From: Minisyncoccota bacterium
GTDB lineage: Bacteria > Patescibacteriota > Minisyncoccia > Phycocordibacterales > UBA9973
NCBI GenBank assembly: GCA_036405895.1
Contig: DASWWS010000001.1
Coordinates: 244,468 to 308,467, forward strand
Reading direction: 5' to 3'
DNA length: 64,000 nucleotides
Shown: piece by piece, positions 35,318 to 45,118 of the stretch
Layout: every line of letters begins with the position of its first letter
How positions within the stretch are numbered: position 1 is the stretch's first letter
Program-made: the position numbers and the translations under genes
Notes under the pieces: generated by a model
Databases searched by the model: none
What the model saw: only the letters and a program-made list of their open reading frames with translations
What the model was told of the DNA's origin: nothing

Positions 35318-37117
35318 TTAATTAGGGCTAGTAGCAAATTGCGCTGCAGTGTAAAGCTTTTTAAATATACCGTCTTCGATAATAAGTAATTCGCTTTTCT
35401 TTCCGCATTCAACCACCTTGCCTTTTTGCAAAACAATGATTCTGTCGACTATCTTTAGGGAAAGATACCGGTGGGAAATAATGATCCCGGTTTTGTTTTG
35501 CAGTATTTTTTGGTACTGTTCAACAATTTCCTTTTCAGCCTCAGGATCAAGTGCCGAAGTAAATTCGTCGAGCAATACCAGTTTGGGATTGCGATGAATG
35601 ATCCCCGCCAGTCCCAATTTTTGATTTTGGCCACCTGAAAGCTTGACGGAATCTTTGAAAATTCGATCAACTTTTTGATTGAGCTTATGAGGCAGCTTCT
35701 CGGCATACTCTTTTAACCCCACTTGCTCCAAGAAATTCCAGATCTGAAAATCAGAGCAGGGCTCACCCGGTTTTGTTGCAAGGATTGCGGACTTTATGGT
35801 GGTTTTGAGTGTCACAAAATCTTGGAAAAGCGCTCCGGTAATCGCAAGAAGGCTTCCTCTTCTAATCAACCGCAGATCAACTCCGTTAATTCTAATAGAA
35901 CCCTTCTCCGGGTCATAAAACCGCAACAAGAGCAATCCGATAGTAGTTTTCCCTTCACCATTTTTTGCTATAAGACCCACGGTCTCCCCGCTTTCAATGG
36001 TAAAACTGACTCCTTCAAGGATATAGTTTTCCGATTCGGGATACCTGAAATAGACATCTTCGAATTCAATCCTAGGCGCAATCGTGTCATCCACTTCTTC
36101 GCACTTCACCGCATCAGTTATGGCCGGGACAGAGTCCACAATGAGAAAAAAATCTTCGGCTTTTTTAGCGGCTATGTCCAGGTCCACAAGGATTGTCGTT
36201 GCCTGGTCAAGTTCGGTATACATGTTTCGTATGGAACCGAACAATAAAAAGAGTGTGCCGATTGTGGCTGTCCCTGCAGCGATAGAAAGCGTGAGAGAAT
36301 ACAGAATGACCGCCAAAAGAAGATAGAACCAAATGTCCCCCCAATACCCGATCGCCGTAAAATGCTTTTGGCCATTGTAGGTGAAAAAAGTTATTTTTCT
36401 TCTGATGCTGTCGAACAATCCTAAATAATGCCCGCGGGAATTATTGAGGCTCGATTCTTTGCTCCCGATGTAGCCGGCAAGCATGTCTCTGTATCGATTG
36501 ATTTCATTGAGCTGTTTTTCTTGGGTGTACGTTCTTACTTTTCTTTTTCGGGTAAAATAAACTCGAGGAAGAACCATGAGAATGATCACGAAGAAATACC
36601 ACCATGCAATCGAAGAAAGGACGAATGCGCAGACGATAACCGTCAATACTGAAATGCCGAGTGTCCACTGCATAAAGAACACTTCCTGCACGACGCCCTG
36701 ATTGCGGCTCGCATTGTTCAACGCGTTTTGAATGATGGAATTTTCCTTGTCCTGGAGGTCAAACTTTACATAAGACTTCCAGTAAAGGTTCTGCGTTTCG
36801 TCCGTGGTAATTCTTCGAAATTTTAATTCCAAAGATTTAACCCAGTATCGAAGCGATCGCGGAACAATATCCATCGCAAAACCGATCGCTACGGCAACCA
36901 GCAACGAAACCGATGCAAATACCGAGGGTTGATTGGTCAATTTATTGGTAAGTTGGCCAAAGAGCCATGCGTCCAGCGCCCAGGCTTGGGTCACCAAGCA
37001 TGAGAGCAAAAATGCCGTGAAGAAGAGTTTTCTCGTGCCCTTTTTCTGTAGCAATAAATCATTCGTTCGGCGAATGATTCGAAGGCTTGAGAGGGCCTTT
37101 TGATGAAGTTCTTTCAT
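35318..37117 (-). CDS. ABC exporter fused permease/ATPase (pair 2, subunit B)
   Basis: TMD + GKTTIGLLLLRFY Walker A, LSGGQNQ. Confidence 0.8.
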   Translation of the reverse strand: MKELHQKALSSLRIIRRTNDLLLQKKGTRKLFFTAFLLSCLVTQAWALDAWLFGQLTNKLTNQPSVFASVSLLVAVAIGFAMDIVPRSLRYWVKSLELKFRRITTDETQNLYWKSYVKFDLQDKENSIIQNALNNASRNQGVVQEVFFMQWTLGISVLTVIVCAFVLSSIAWWYFFVIILMVLPRVYFTRKRKVRTYTQEKQLNEINRYRDMLAGYIGSKESSLNNSRGHYLGLFDSIRRKITFFTYNGQKHFTAIGYWGDIWFYLLLAVILYSLTLSIAAGTATIGTLFLLFGSIRNMYTELDQATTILVDLDIAAKKAEDFFLIVDSVPAITDAVKCEEVDDTIAPRIEFEDVYFRYPESENYILEGVSFTIESGETVGLIAKNGEGKTTIGLLLLRFYDPEKGSIRINGVDLRLIRRGSLLAITGALFQDFVTLKTTIKSAILATKPGEPCSDFQIWNFLEQVGLKEYAEKLPHKLNQKVDRIFKDSVKLSGGQNQKLGLAGIIHRNPKLVLLDEFTSALDPEAEKEIVEQYQKILQNKTGIIISHRYLSLKIVDRIIVLQKGKVVECGKKSELLIIEDGIFKKLYTAAQFATSPN

Positions 37118-37194
37118 ATTCTTTTTTTAAGGTTTATTTTCTGTATTACAGCACACTTTTGCTTATAAATCAAGTACAATAGCGCGCAATAAAA

Positions 37195-37224
37195 AGCCGA
37201 GATAGTCCCGGCTTTTTATTTTTT
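37195..37224. terminator. Intrinsic terminator
   Basis: AGCCGag-atagtc-cCGGCT + T-run. Confidence 0.5.
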
Positions 37225-37226
37225 CC

Positions 37227-39023
37227 TTACGCCATCAATACCTGGTTTTTTATCAATCGCTGGTATTCTGCAGAATTCTTTTCAAGCTCTTTATGAGTTC
37301 CTTGGTCTACTATCTTCCCTTCTTTCACTACAAAAATAATATCAGCATCAACAACAGTAGAGAGGCGGTGTGCGATGATTATCGTAGTGCGGCCTTCCGC
37401 GCTTTTGTTGATTGCGTCATGAATCAGCTTTTCGTTAATAGAGTCGAGCGCACTGGTTGCTTCGTCAAAAATAAGAATTTTAGGGTCTTTGATAAGAGCG
37501 CGGGCGATACCGATACGTTGGCGCTCTCCGCCTGAAACTTTCACTCCCCCTTCGCCAATCACTGTATCAAGCCCGTGATCTTTTAGTTTTGCTATGAATT
37601 CGTCGAGTGAAGCATCAGAGATTGCTTTGTTGAGACGCTCATCATCAATATCAGAATTAGTAGGCAAGCCGAACAATATGTTGTCGCGGATGCTTCTATC
37701 AAAGAGCTCGATTTTTTGCTCCACATTTCCAATCTGAGAACGAAGCCAACGGAGGTCAAGCTCCTTCAACGGTACTCCATCAATCAATATCTCTCCTCCT
37801 GTCGCTTCATAATACCTGCGCATCAAGTTTACGATAGTGCTTTTTCCGGAACCCGATACTCCTACAAAGCCAACCTTTGCGCCGGCCGGAATAGTGAAGT
37901 TGATGTCTGTAATAGTGTGCTCCTGTTCTTTTTCTTCCGTGCTTTCGTCTTCAATTTCTTTTGCACTTTTTCGATACGGATATGCAAAGCTCACATTCTT
38001 AAATTGTATTTCGCCCCGCAGTTCAAGAATTGTTTTTCCACCAATATTCGGGTCAATATCCGGCGCGATATCCAACAGCTCAAAGTATTTTTTGATTTCT
38101 ACAACCTGGAACAATACCTGCCGCTGAGAATTCATGATGCTCATCAAATTACCAAACACGGCACTGGTCCATGAGTACAGTGCAACAAACGTACCAACAG
38201 AATGAGCACCGTTGAGAATGTAATAGGTCCCTAATCCGAGAGTTGAATATTGACCGACCGTAATAATGATTCTATGTAAATAAAATGTATTGATGTATTT
38301 ACTCCAAGTACTCATACTGAAATCAGTAACCTTGTCATAGTCATTTTTAAACGAGTCTGCTGTACGCTTTTCTTGCGCTTCTGCAATCACCAGTGTTGAA
38401 TTTCTGAAAAGCTCAGACTGCAGCTTTGATTGCTGTTGGTTATTTTTTCGCACCTGTTCTACTTTTGGAAAAAATTGTATGTTGCGTCGATACGAAAGAA
38501 CAATATAGAGGGTGGCAAAAAAAGTAGACGTAAGCGCTACGCGCCAATCAAAATATAGTAGGAAAATTGTCATTGCAAATATCTGCAATACACTTGGCAA
38601 GATATTGTTTAATGTAAGGAACATCATTCCAGAAAGTGAATTCTGGCCCTTATTTACAACGGTTTGTTTTACGCCAGAGTGCTCATTTATATGTTGCCCA
38701 ATAGAGAAGTCAAACATTCGCTTCATTGAAAGCACAGAGAATGCTTTCTCTATCGCAAAATCTAGCTTCTTTATTTCAACTTGCTCGCGAATATATGCAA
38801 TAATTTGATCTCTAAAAAACGCGGCACCAAAAGCGGCTAGTAAAAAGTAAGCTGTATAACGAGCATTGCCACTAATTACCGCATCCACGCCCTTACTAAA
38901 AAGCAATGGAGAGAAAGCATTCAGGAGCTGTCCTACAAGCATCAATGCCGCAACAACAGCAAATGAGCCCCAAAAGGGCTTAAAGAAAAACAATACGCGC
39001 TTTAAGAAAGAGGTTTTACTCAT
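37227..39023 (-). CDS. ABC exporter fused permease/ATPase (pair 2, subunit A)
   Basis: GVSGSGKSTIVNLM Walker A, VSGGERQR, ILIFDEATSALD. Confidence 0.85.
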   Translation of the reverse strand: MSKTSFLKRVLFFFKPFWGSFAVVAALMLVGQLLNAFSPLLFSKGVDAVISGNARYTAYFLLAAFGAAFFRDQIIAYIREQVEIKKLDFAIEKAFSVLSMKRMFDFSIGQHINEHSGVKQTVVNKGQNSLSGMMFLTLNNILPSVLQIFAMTIFLLYFDWRVALTSTFFATLYIVLSYRRNIQFFPKVEQVRKNNQQQSKLQSELFRNSTLVIAEAQEKRTADSFKNDYDKVTDFSMSTWSKYINTFYLHRIIITVGQYSTLGLGTYYILNGAHSVGTFVALYSWTSAVFGNLMSIMNSQRQVLFQVVEIKKYFELLDIAPDIDPNIGGKTILELRGEIQFKNVSFAYPYRKSAKEIEDESTEEKEQEHTITDINFTIPAGAKVGFVGVSGSGKSTIVNLMRRYYEATGGEILIDGVPLKELDLRWLRSQIGNVEQKIELFDRSIRDNILFGLPTNSDIDDERLNKAISDASLDEFIAKLKDHGLDTVIGEGGVKVSGGERQRIGIARALIKDPKILIFDEATSALDSINEKLIHDAINKSAEGRTTIIIAHRLSTVVDADIIFVVKEGKIVDQGTHKELEKNSAEYQRLIKNQVLMA

Positions 39024-39024
39024 A

Positions 39025-40008
39025 CTAGCTCGTTAATCCCACCGCTTCGTACACATCAAAAAGCTTCTTCATCGCAATGTCGTTCGCGCGCATTGCGCCG
39101 TTTATCATTATGTCGCGCACAAGCTCCGGATTGTTCTCGTATTCGGCACGGCGCTCGCGCATAGGAGCTACAAAAGAAATAATGTCACTGGCGAGCATTT
39201 TCTTTGCATCTCCATAGCCAAGGCCTTTTACATACTGAGATTTTAATTCAGGAGAATCATTAAAATACTTGTGGATCTGATAGAGCACCAATTCGTCCGG
39301 ATTCTTTTCCTCGTCGCGCCCGCGTGAGTCGGTTGCAATGCTCATGACTGCTTTTGTGATTTCTTCATCGCTTGCAAATAAAGGAATAGTGTTGCCGTAG
39401 CTTTTGGACATCTTGCGTCCGTCAGTTCCGGGAATGATGCCAGTTGTTTCCAAAATCATTTCGTTGGGCAAGATAAAATGCTCGCCATAGATGTGGTTGA
39501 ACTTCCCCGCTATGTCGCGCGCGTACTCAACATGCTGTTTTTGGTCTTGCCCTACCGGCACAACGAGTGGGTCATAGAGTAAAATGTCGGCAGCCATCAA
39601 TACCGGATAGTTAAAGAGACCCATGCTTGGCTCCAGCTCTTTTGCAACAGCATCTTTGTACGCATGCGCACGCATCATAAATGGCACCGTAACAATCGTA
39701 TCGAATATCCATGAGAGGTTTGCGTGTGCCGGCACTGAAGACTGCTTGAAGAGCGTTACCTTTTTAGGGTCGAGCCCAATTGCCAAATAGTCAAGCACCA
39801 AATCATACGAAAGTGTGCGCATTGTTTCGGCATCTTGAATGAAGTTCAGTGCATGAAGGTCTGCAATAAAGATGAAAGCTTCGTGGGTATCCTGAAGGTC
39901 CACAAATTGCTTCATCGCCCCAAAATAGTTGCCGATATGAGGGCGCCCTGTCGGCTTTACCCCGGAAACCAATCGCTTTTTTCCGCCTGTAGTAGCTGGG
40001 GAAGACAT
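39025..40008 (-). CDS. trpS: Tryptophanyl-tRNA synthetase
   Basis: Class I HIGN (TGRPHIGNYFG) and KMSKS; start trimmed to MSSPATTGG ATG at 40008. Confidence 0.85.
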   Translation of the reverse strand: MSSPATTGGKKRLVSGVKPTGRPHIGNYFGAMKQFVDLQDTHEAFIFIADLHALNFIQDAETMRTLSYDLVLDYLAIGLDPKKVTLFKQSSVPAHANLSWIFDTIVTVPFMMRAHAYKDAVAKELEPSMGLFNYPVLMAADILLYDPLVVPVGQDQKQHVEYARDIAGKFNHIYGEHFILPNEMILETTGIIPGTDGRKMSKSYGNTIPLFASDEEITKAVMSIATDSRGRDEEKNPDELVLYQIHKYFNDSPELKSQYVKGLGYGDAKKMLASDIISFVAPMRERRAEYENNPELVRDIMINGAMRANDIAMKKLFDVYEAVGLTS

Positions 40009-40104
40009 GGGGATATCATACCAAAAATAAGACTCGTTTGGAAATAAACTGGGTATTATGGCGCCATTGCCTAAAGAGGGCTTTAGGGTGTTACAATAAA
40101 GCCT

Positions 40105-41508
40105 ATGAACAAGCCTACTGTTGCGCCCAATAAGATTTCGGATGCCATTGCGAACCTTCGCATCCCTCCCCACGACCTCGATGCTGAGCAGGCAGTACTG
40201 GGTGCGCTCATGCTTCGCCCGGCTGCAATACACGACATTATCGACCTGCTTATCCCGGAGATGTTCTATGCAAAAAAGCACACGCTCGTATTTCGCACTA
40301 TTTTAGACCTCTCAAACAAAAACGAGCCAATCGATGTCCTCTCTGTTGCAAACCGCCTCAAAGAAAAAAAATGCCTCAATGAAATCGGAGGCAATGCATA
40401 CCTCAACGAATTGATGTCAAACGTGCCTTCCACGGTGAACATCCGCCACTACGCAGATATTGTGTACAAGAAATTCATCCTGCGCGCGCTTATCGACTCC
40501 GGTGAAGCAATTGCTAGCATGGCGTACGAACAAAACGACATGGATGTCGCAGACGTCATCGACATGGCGGAGAAAAGCATCTTCCGCGTTACTTCAAGCA
40601 TCAACACCAAGAATGCATTTACTTCTATCAAACAGTCATTGATTGAGACATGGGAGCAGATTGAGCACTTGCGCGAGCACAAGGACGAAGTGCGCGGCGT
40701 ACCTACCGGCTTTAGTGATCTGGACAACATGCTTGCGGGTCTGCAGAAGTCCGACCTTATTATTCTCGCTGCGCGCCCGGGTATGGGTAAAACAACGTTT
40801 GCGCTCGACATTGCCCGCAATGCCGCTCTTGGGGGGACACCTGTGGGCATCTTCTCGCTTGAAATGAGCGCAAACCAGCTCGTACAGCGCATGCTCTCCG
40901 CTGAGAGCCGCGTGGATGCATGGAGTATCCGCACCGGTCACGGCCTTTCAACGCAGCACTTCACTACTCTTCAAGAAGCCGCAAGCCGTTTGCAAAAGGC
41001 GCCGATTTATATCGACGACCAGGCCGGCAACTCGATCGTTAAAATGCGCTCTGTTGCGCGCCGCCTCAAGAGCGAACACGGGCTTGGCCTTATTGTTGTC
41101 GACTACCTCCAGCTTATGACCACGAGCAAAAACTATGACTCCATGGTAAACCAGGTAACAGAAATTTCCCGCTCCCTCAAAGGGCTTGCGCGCGAACTCG
41201 ACGTGCCGGTGCTTGCTCTCTCACAGCTCTCTCGTGCGGTTGAATCCCGCGGAGGCAAGCCTCGCCTCTCCGACCTTCGAGACTCAGGTTCCATCGAGCA
41301 GGATGCGGACTTGGTGATTTTCATCCACAATGAAGACCGGTTCAAAGACCATGCAGAGCGAAGCAATGTCACGGAAATTTTGATTGAAAAGCACCGAAAC
41401 GGTGCAGTCGGCAAAATCGACCTCATGTTCGATCCAAAGACCACTACCTTCCTTTCAATGGACAAGAACTTTGTTCCTGTAAAAGCAAAGTCGCTTGATG
41501 ACTTTTAA
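40105..41508 (+). CDS. dnaB: Replicative DNA helicase
   Basis: DAEQAVLGALM, Walker A ARPGMGKTTFAL, ...SQLSRAVESRGG. Confidence 0.9.
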   Translation: MNKPTVAPNKISDAIANLRIPPHDLDAEQAVLGALMLRPAAIHDIIDLLIPEMFYAKKHTLVFRTILDLSNKNEPIDVLSVANRLKEKKCLNEIGGNAYLNELMSNVPSTVNIRHYADIVYKKFILRALIDSGEAIASMAYEQNDMDVADVIDMAEKSIFRVTSSINTKNAFTSIKQSLIETWEQIEHLREHKDEVRGVPTGFSDLDNMLAGLQKSDLIILAARPGMGKTTFALDIARNAALGGTPVGIFSLEMSANQLVQRMLSAESRVDAWSIRTGHGLSTQHFTTLQEAASRLQKAPIYIDDQAGNSIVKMRSVARRLKSEHGLGLIVVDYLQLMTTSKNYDSMVNQVTEISRSLKGLARELDVPVLALSQLSRAVESRGGKPRLSDLRDSGSIEQDADLVIFIHNEDRFKDHAERSNVTEILIEKHRNGAVGKIDLMFDPKTTTFLSMDKNFVPVKAKSLDDF

Positions 41509-41511
41509 TAT

Positions 41512-42153
41512 ATGTCCAACGAATTCCACAGCGGGTATAACAGCGACTCAATCGAACGCCTTGCAAAGCTCTTTACGCGTTTCCCTGGCATTGGAGAGCG
41601 CCAGGCCAAGCGCTTTGCGTATTTTATCCTCGCCCAGCAAACAGGCTATGTGCAAAGCCTCGCTTCAGCACTGACGGCAGCGCGCGCAAATGCGCACACC
41701 TGCACCAAATGCCTGCGCATTTTTGAGGTAGGAATAAATGGAGAGTCCGGCCTATGCAACATTTGCAGCGACCCGAAACGCGACCAGGGCACCATTGTCG
41801 TAGTGGAAAAAGGACAGGACATTGAGGCCTTTGCCCGCACCGACTACAAAGGGCTCTTTTTTGTTCTTGGAGGCCTTATTCCTATCATTCAGAAAAACAT
41901 TGTGGAGGGCACGCACATTGCATACTTGCAGACCCGCATCACTGCTGAGAAGGAGGTATTGAAAGAATTGATCCTCGCCTTCCCTCTTACGCCAAACGGC
42001 GACCACACCGACCAAGCGGTGCGAGAAATATTGGCACCCATGCTTCCAGAGAATATTTCCATAACGAGCCTTGGTCGAGGGCTCTCCACCGGAGCTGAAC
42101 TTGAATACGCCGACCCCGCATCCTTGGCTGCATCCCTGAAGAAAAGAGAATAA
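41512..42153 (+). CDS. recR: Recombination protein RecR
   Basis: FPGIGERQAKRFAYFIL HhH, C4 zinc finger CTKC...CNIC, Toprim. Confidence 0.9.
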   Translation: MSNEFHSGYNSDSIERLAKLFTRFPGIGERQAKRFAYFILAQQTGYVQSLASALTAARANAHTCTKCLRIFEVGINGESGLCNICSDPKRDQGTIVVVEKGQDIEAFARTDYKGLFFVLGGLIPIIQKNIVEGTHIAYLQTRITAEKEVLKELILAFPLTPNGDHTDQAVREILAPMLPENISITSLGRGLSTGAELEYADPASLAASLKKRE

Positions 42154-42157
42154 AAAA

Positions 42158-42185
42158 ATCCGGACAGACTGTCCGGATTTTTTAT
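42158..42185. terminator. Bidirectional intrinsic terminator (recR / rplU)
   Basis: ATCCGGACAG-a-CTGTCCGGAT + TTTTTT. Confidence 0.7.
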
Positions 42186-42192
42186 TGAGAGA

Positions 42193-42549
42193 TTACGCGA
42201 TTGCAGTGATAGTCACTTTTACGTATGGCTGGCGGTGGCCGTTTTTCTTGAAGTAGCGGCTCTTTTGTTTGTACTTGATAACCACTTCTTTCTTTGCGCG
42301 GCCTACTGATGCAACTTCACCGGTTACTGTTGCGCCTGCAATAGCTGGTGTGCCGATAGTGGTGTCAGTACCATTGTCTACAAGGAGAACTTTGTCGAAA
42401 ACAACAACGTCACCCTTTTTGTGCTCGTCCTTCATTTTCTCGATAGTCACAGTTTCGCCCACTTTTACGGCGTACTGCTTTCCGCCTGTTGCAATAACAG
42501 CGAATTCGTCCTTATTTTCTTTAGTTGTAGCCTTTTTTGCGGTTGCCAT
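42193..42549 (-). CDS. rplU: 50S ribosomal protein L21 (with N-terminal extension)
   Basis: FAVIATGGKQYAVKVGETVTIEK...GHRQPYVKVTITAI. Confidence 0.85.
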   Translation of the reverse strand: MATAKKATTKENKDEFAVIATGGKQYAVKVGETVTIEKMKDEHKKGDVVVFDKVLLVDNGTDTTIGTPAIAGATVTGEVASVGRAKKEVVIKYKQKSRYFKKNGHRQPYVKVTITAIA

Positions 42550-42777
42550 AGATGAGCCCCTATTATACAGAAAGCCTTAAAAAATGCAACTTTAGCCCCT
42601 CCTCTCCCGCTTGAGTGACGGAATATGTGCTCCTTGAGCCGTCTTACGCAGGCTGACTGAGCCGAGTAGGAGCGAATTTTCAGCAGAAAATTACGCGACG
42701 GCGAAAGGAATACATATTTCGGCATGAGAAGCTGTTTCTACTGCATTGCAAAAGATATTTATGATACACTTGATGCA

Positions 42778-43683
42778 ATGATTTCCCGCTACAGCTACCA
42801 TGGACTGACATGGATCGACCTCGAAAATCCGAGCCGAGAAGAGATAGTTCACATCAGCGAAGAATTTAAGATCCCCACCCTTATCGGCGACGAAATGTTC
42901 ACCAATTCGCTCCGCTCGAAAGTGGACCTCTACGACAGCTTCATCTATCTTATCCTCCATTTTCCCGATATTAATCAAAACGGCGTTATCGAAGACGACC
43001 TTGAAATAGACTTCATTATCGGAAAAAACTTTCTTATTACGGTGCGCTACGAAACAGTGCTCCCTATCACCGAATTCAAAACGCTGTTTGAAACAATCGG
43101 CGTTCAGGACACTGTAAAAGCGCACGGCGGCATCTTGTTTGCCGCAATGATGAAGCAAATCTACAAGCAGTGCCTTGGCGAACTTGAGGACACGCATGTA
43201 AAGATCCGCGACATTGAGCATCGCATTTTCGAAGGACAAGAAGAAAAAATGGTGAAGATTCTCTCCTATACTCGCCGCCAGCTTCTCGACTTTAAGCAGG
43301 CAACCCGCTTTCACGCGGACATCTTAAAATCATACGAATCCGCAAGCAAGCAGTTCTTTGGCGAGGAATATGCCTACTACGCAACTGCTATCACTTCGGA
43401 ATTCAATAAGGTTGACGGCATGCTGCAAAGCCACCGCGAAGTATTGAGCGAGCTTCAACAGACAAACGACTCCCTCTTGGCAACCAAGAGTAATGACATC
43501 ATGAAGACCTTCACTATTTTGACCTTTGTGATGCTTCCGCTTTCAGTGATTACTGGCGTGTTTGGCATGAACATGCGCTTTGTCTTTATCAACGACCTCT
43601 CCGACTTCTTCTTTGTGGTGGGAGCGATGACCCTGACCGGCTTGGTTATGTTTATTTTCTTCAAATACCGCAAATGGCTCTAA
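42778..43683 (+). CDS. corA: CorA family Mg2+/Co2+ transporter
   Basis: C-terminal two TM with GMN motif (VFGMNMRF); start trimmed from 42724. Confidence 0.8.
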   Translation: MISRYSYHGLTWIDLENPSREEIVHISEEFKIPTLIGDEMFTNSLRSKVDLYDSFIYLILHFPDINQNGVIEDDLEIDFIIGKNFLITVRYETVLPITEFKTLFETIGVQDTVKAHGGILFAAMMKQIYKQCLGELEDTHVKIRDIEHRIFEGQEEKMVKILSYTRRQLLDFKQATRFHADILKSYESASKQFFGEEYAYYATAITSEFNKVDGMLQSHREVLSELQQTNDSLLATKSNDIMKTFTILTFVMLPLSVITGVFGMNMRFVFINDLSDFFFVVGAMTLTGLVMFIFFKYRKWL

Positions 43684-43687
43684 TCGT

Positions 43688-45073
43688 ATGAACCTTTCTC
43701 TCTACAACACCAAAACAAAATCTGTTGAAGCCTTCACGCCCTTAAACGAAGGCGTGGTTACCATGTATGCCTGCGGCCCGACAGTATACGATTACACCCA
43801 TATTGGCCACATGCGCAAATACATTGGAGACGACATCCTCCGCCGTACGCTCACCCTTTTAGGCTACAGCATCACGCATGTGATGAATATCACCGATGTT
43901 GGACACCTTACCAATGACAGCGACCATGGCGACGACAAGTTTGAAGCCAAGGCTATAAGCGAGGGCAAAAGCGTGTGGGACATTGCTGACTTGTACACGG
44001 ACTATTTTCATAAAACAATGGAGTCCGTACACGTGCTTCCTCCTACATACGAGACTAAGGCAACTGAGCATATTGCCGAGATGGTTGCCCTTGTTGAAGT
44101 GCTCATGCAAAAAGGCTTTGCATACGAAACCGCCGAAGCGATTTATTTTGATGTGGAAAAAGATGCAGAATACGGCAAGCTCTCCGGCCAAAAGGTGTCT
44201 GACAAGTTCGAAGGAGTGCGCGACGACGTTGTTGTCGACAAGGACAAAAAACATCCGGCTGACTTTGCGCTGTGGTTTAAACGCGTCGGAAAATTTGCCG
44301 ACCATGCAATGCACTGGCCGAACCCGAGCGGCATAGCGGGCGAAGGGTTCCCTGGCTGGCATATTGAATGCTCTGCCATGGCAATGAAGTATTTAGGAGA
44401 GACCATCGACATCCACACGGGCGGCATCGACCATATCCCTGTTCACCACGAAAACGAAATTGCTCAGAGCGAATGCGCAACTGGGCACGAATTTGTGCGC
44501 TTTTGGGTGCACCACGAATTTTTAAACGTTGACGGCGAAAAAATGTCCAAGAGCAAGCACAACTTTTATACCATTGCGGACATTGAAGGGCACAATATTG
44601 ACCCTCTCGCTGTGCGACTGCTTACAATGCAAACAAGTTACCGAAAGCCCTTGAACTTTACGTGGGACTCACTAGCTGCTGCAGACGCACAGCTCAAAAA
44701 GCTGCAGAAGTTTGCTTCCATGCAGCCTTCTCTCGGCCTTATCCATGACGAGTCCCTTATACGCTTTACAGAGGCGCTTGCGGATGACCTTAATACAGCA
44801 AAAGCGCTTGCTGTTGTCTGGGAAATGATGAGCGATACTGCTATACAAGACGCGGACAAATGGGCAACGCTCCTTTCATTTGATACAGTTCTTGGACTAA
44901 ACCTTGCGGACGTCGAAAAGTTTTCAATAACCGAGGATGCCCGCGCGCTTGCCACAAAGCGCGATGAAGCTCGTGCACAGAAAGACTATATGCTTTCAGA
45001 CAGTCTCAGAGCCGAGCTTGAAGCCCTTGGCTATACCGTCCTCGACACCACTGAAGGAACAGTACTCGAATAA
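43688..45073 (+). CDS. cysS: Cysteinyl-tRNA synthetase
   Basis: YACGPTVYDYTHIGHMRKY (HIGH), KMSKSKHN. Confidence 0.9.
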   Translation: MNLSLYNTKTKSVEAFTPLNEGVVTMYACGPTVYDYTHIGHMRKYIGDDILRRTLTLLGYSITHVMNITDVGHLTNDSDHGDDKFEAKAISEGKSVWDIADLYTDYFHKTMESVHVLPPTYETKATEHIAEMVALVEVLMQKGFAYETAEAIYFDVEKDAEYGKLSGQKVSDKFEGVRDDVVVDKDKKHPADFALWFKRVGKFADHAMHWPNPSGIAGEGFPGWHIECSAMAMKYLGETIDIHTGGIDHIPVHHENEIAQSECATGHEFVRFWVHHEFLNVDGEKMSKSKHNFYTIADIEGHNIDPLAVRLLTMQTSYRKPLNFTWDSLAAADAQLKKLQKFASMQPSLGLIHDESLIRFTEALADDLNTAKALAVVWEMMSDTAIQDADKWATLLSFDTVLGLNLADVEKFSITEDARALATKRDEARAQKDYMLSDSLRAELEALGYTVLDTTEGTVLE

Positions 45074-45077
45074 AAAA

Positions 45078-45110
45078 ACCACCAGTTCTGATACTGGCGG
45101 TTTTTTTATG
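45078..45110 (+). terminator. Intrinsic terminator after cysS
   Basis: ACCACCAGT-tctgat-ACTGGCGGT + TTTTTTT. Confidence 0.55.
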
Positions 45111-45118
45111 TATCTGTA

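Noticed and set aside
40009-40104. trpS / dnaB divergent intergenic region as a possible replication origin
   Set aside because: No dnaA gene, no recognisable DnaA-box clusters (TTATCCACA-like) and only ~95 nt; dnaB alone does not mark oriC.
42550-42777. M-box (Mg2+) riboswitch upstream of corA
   Set aside because: I could not align the conserved M-box segments by eye; kept only as a generic structured-leader possibility.
42691-43314. 207-aa minus-strand ORF overlapping corA
   Set aside because: The plus-strand frame carries the CorA GMN motif and TM pair; the antisense frame has no recognisable features.
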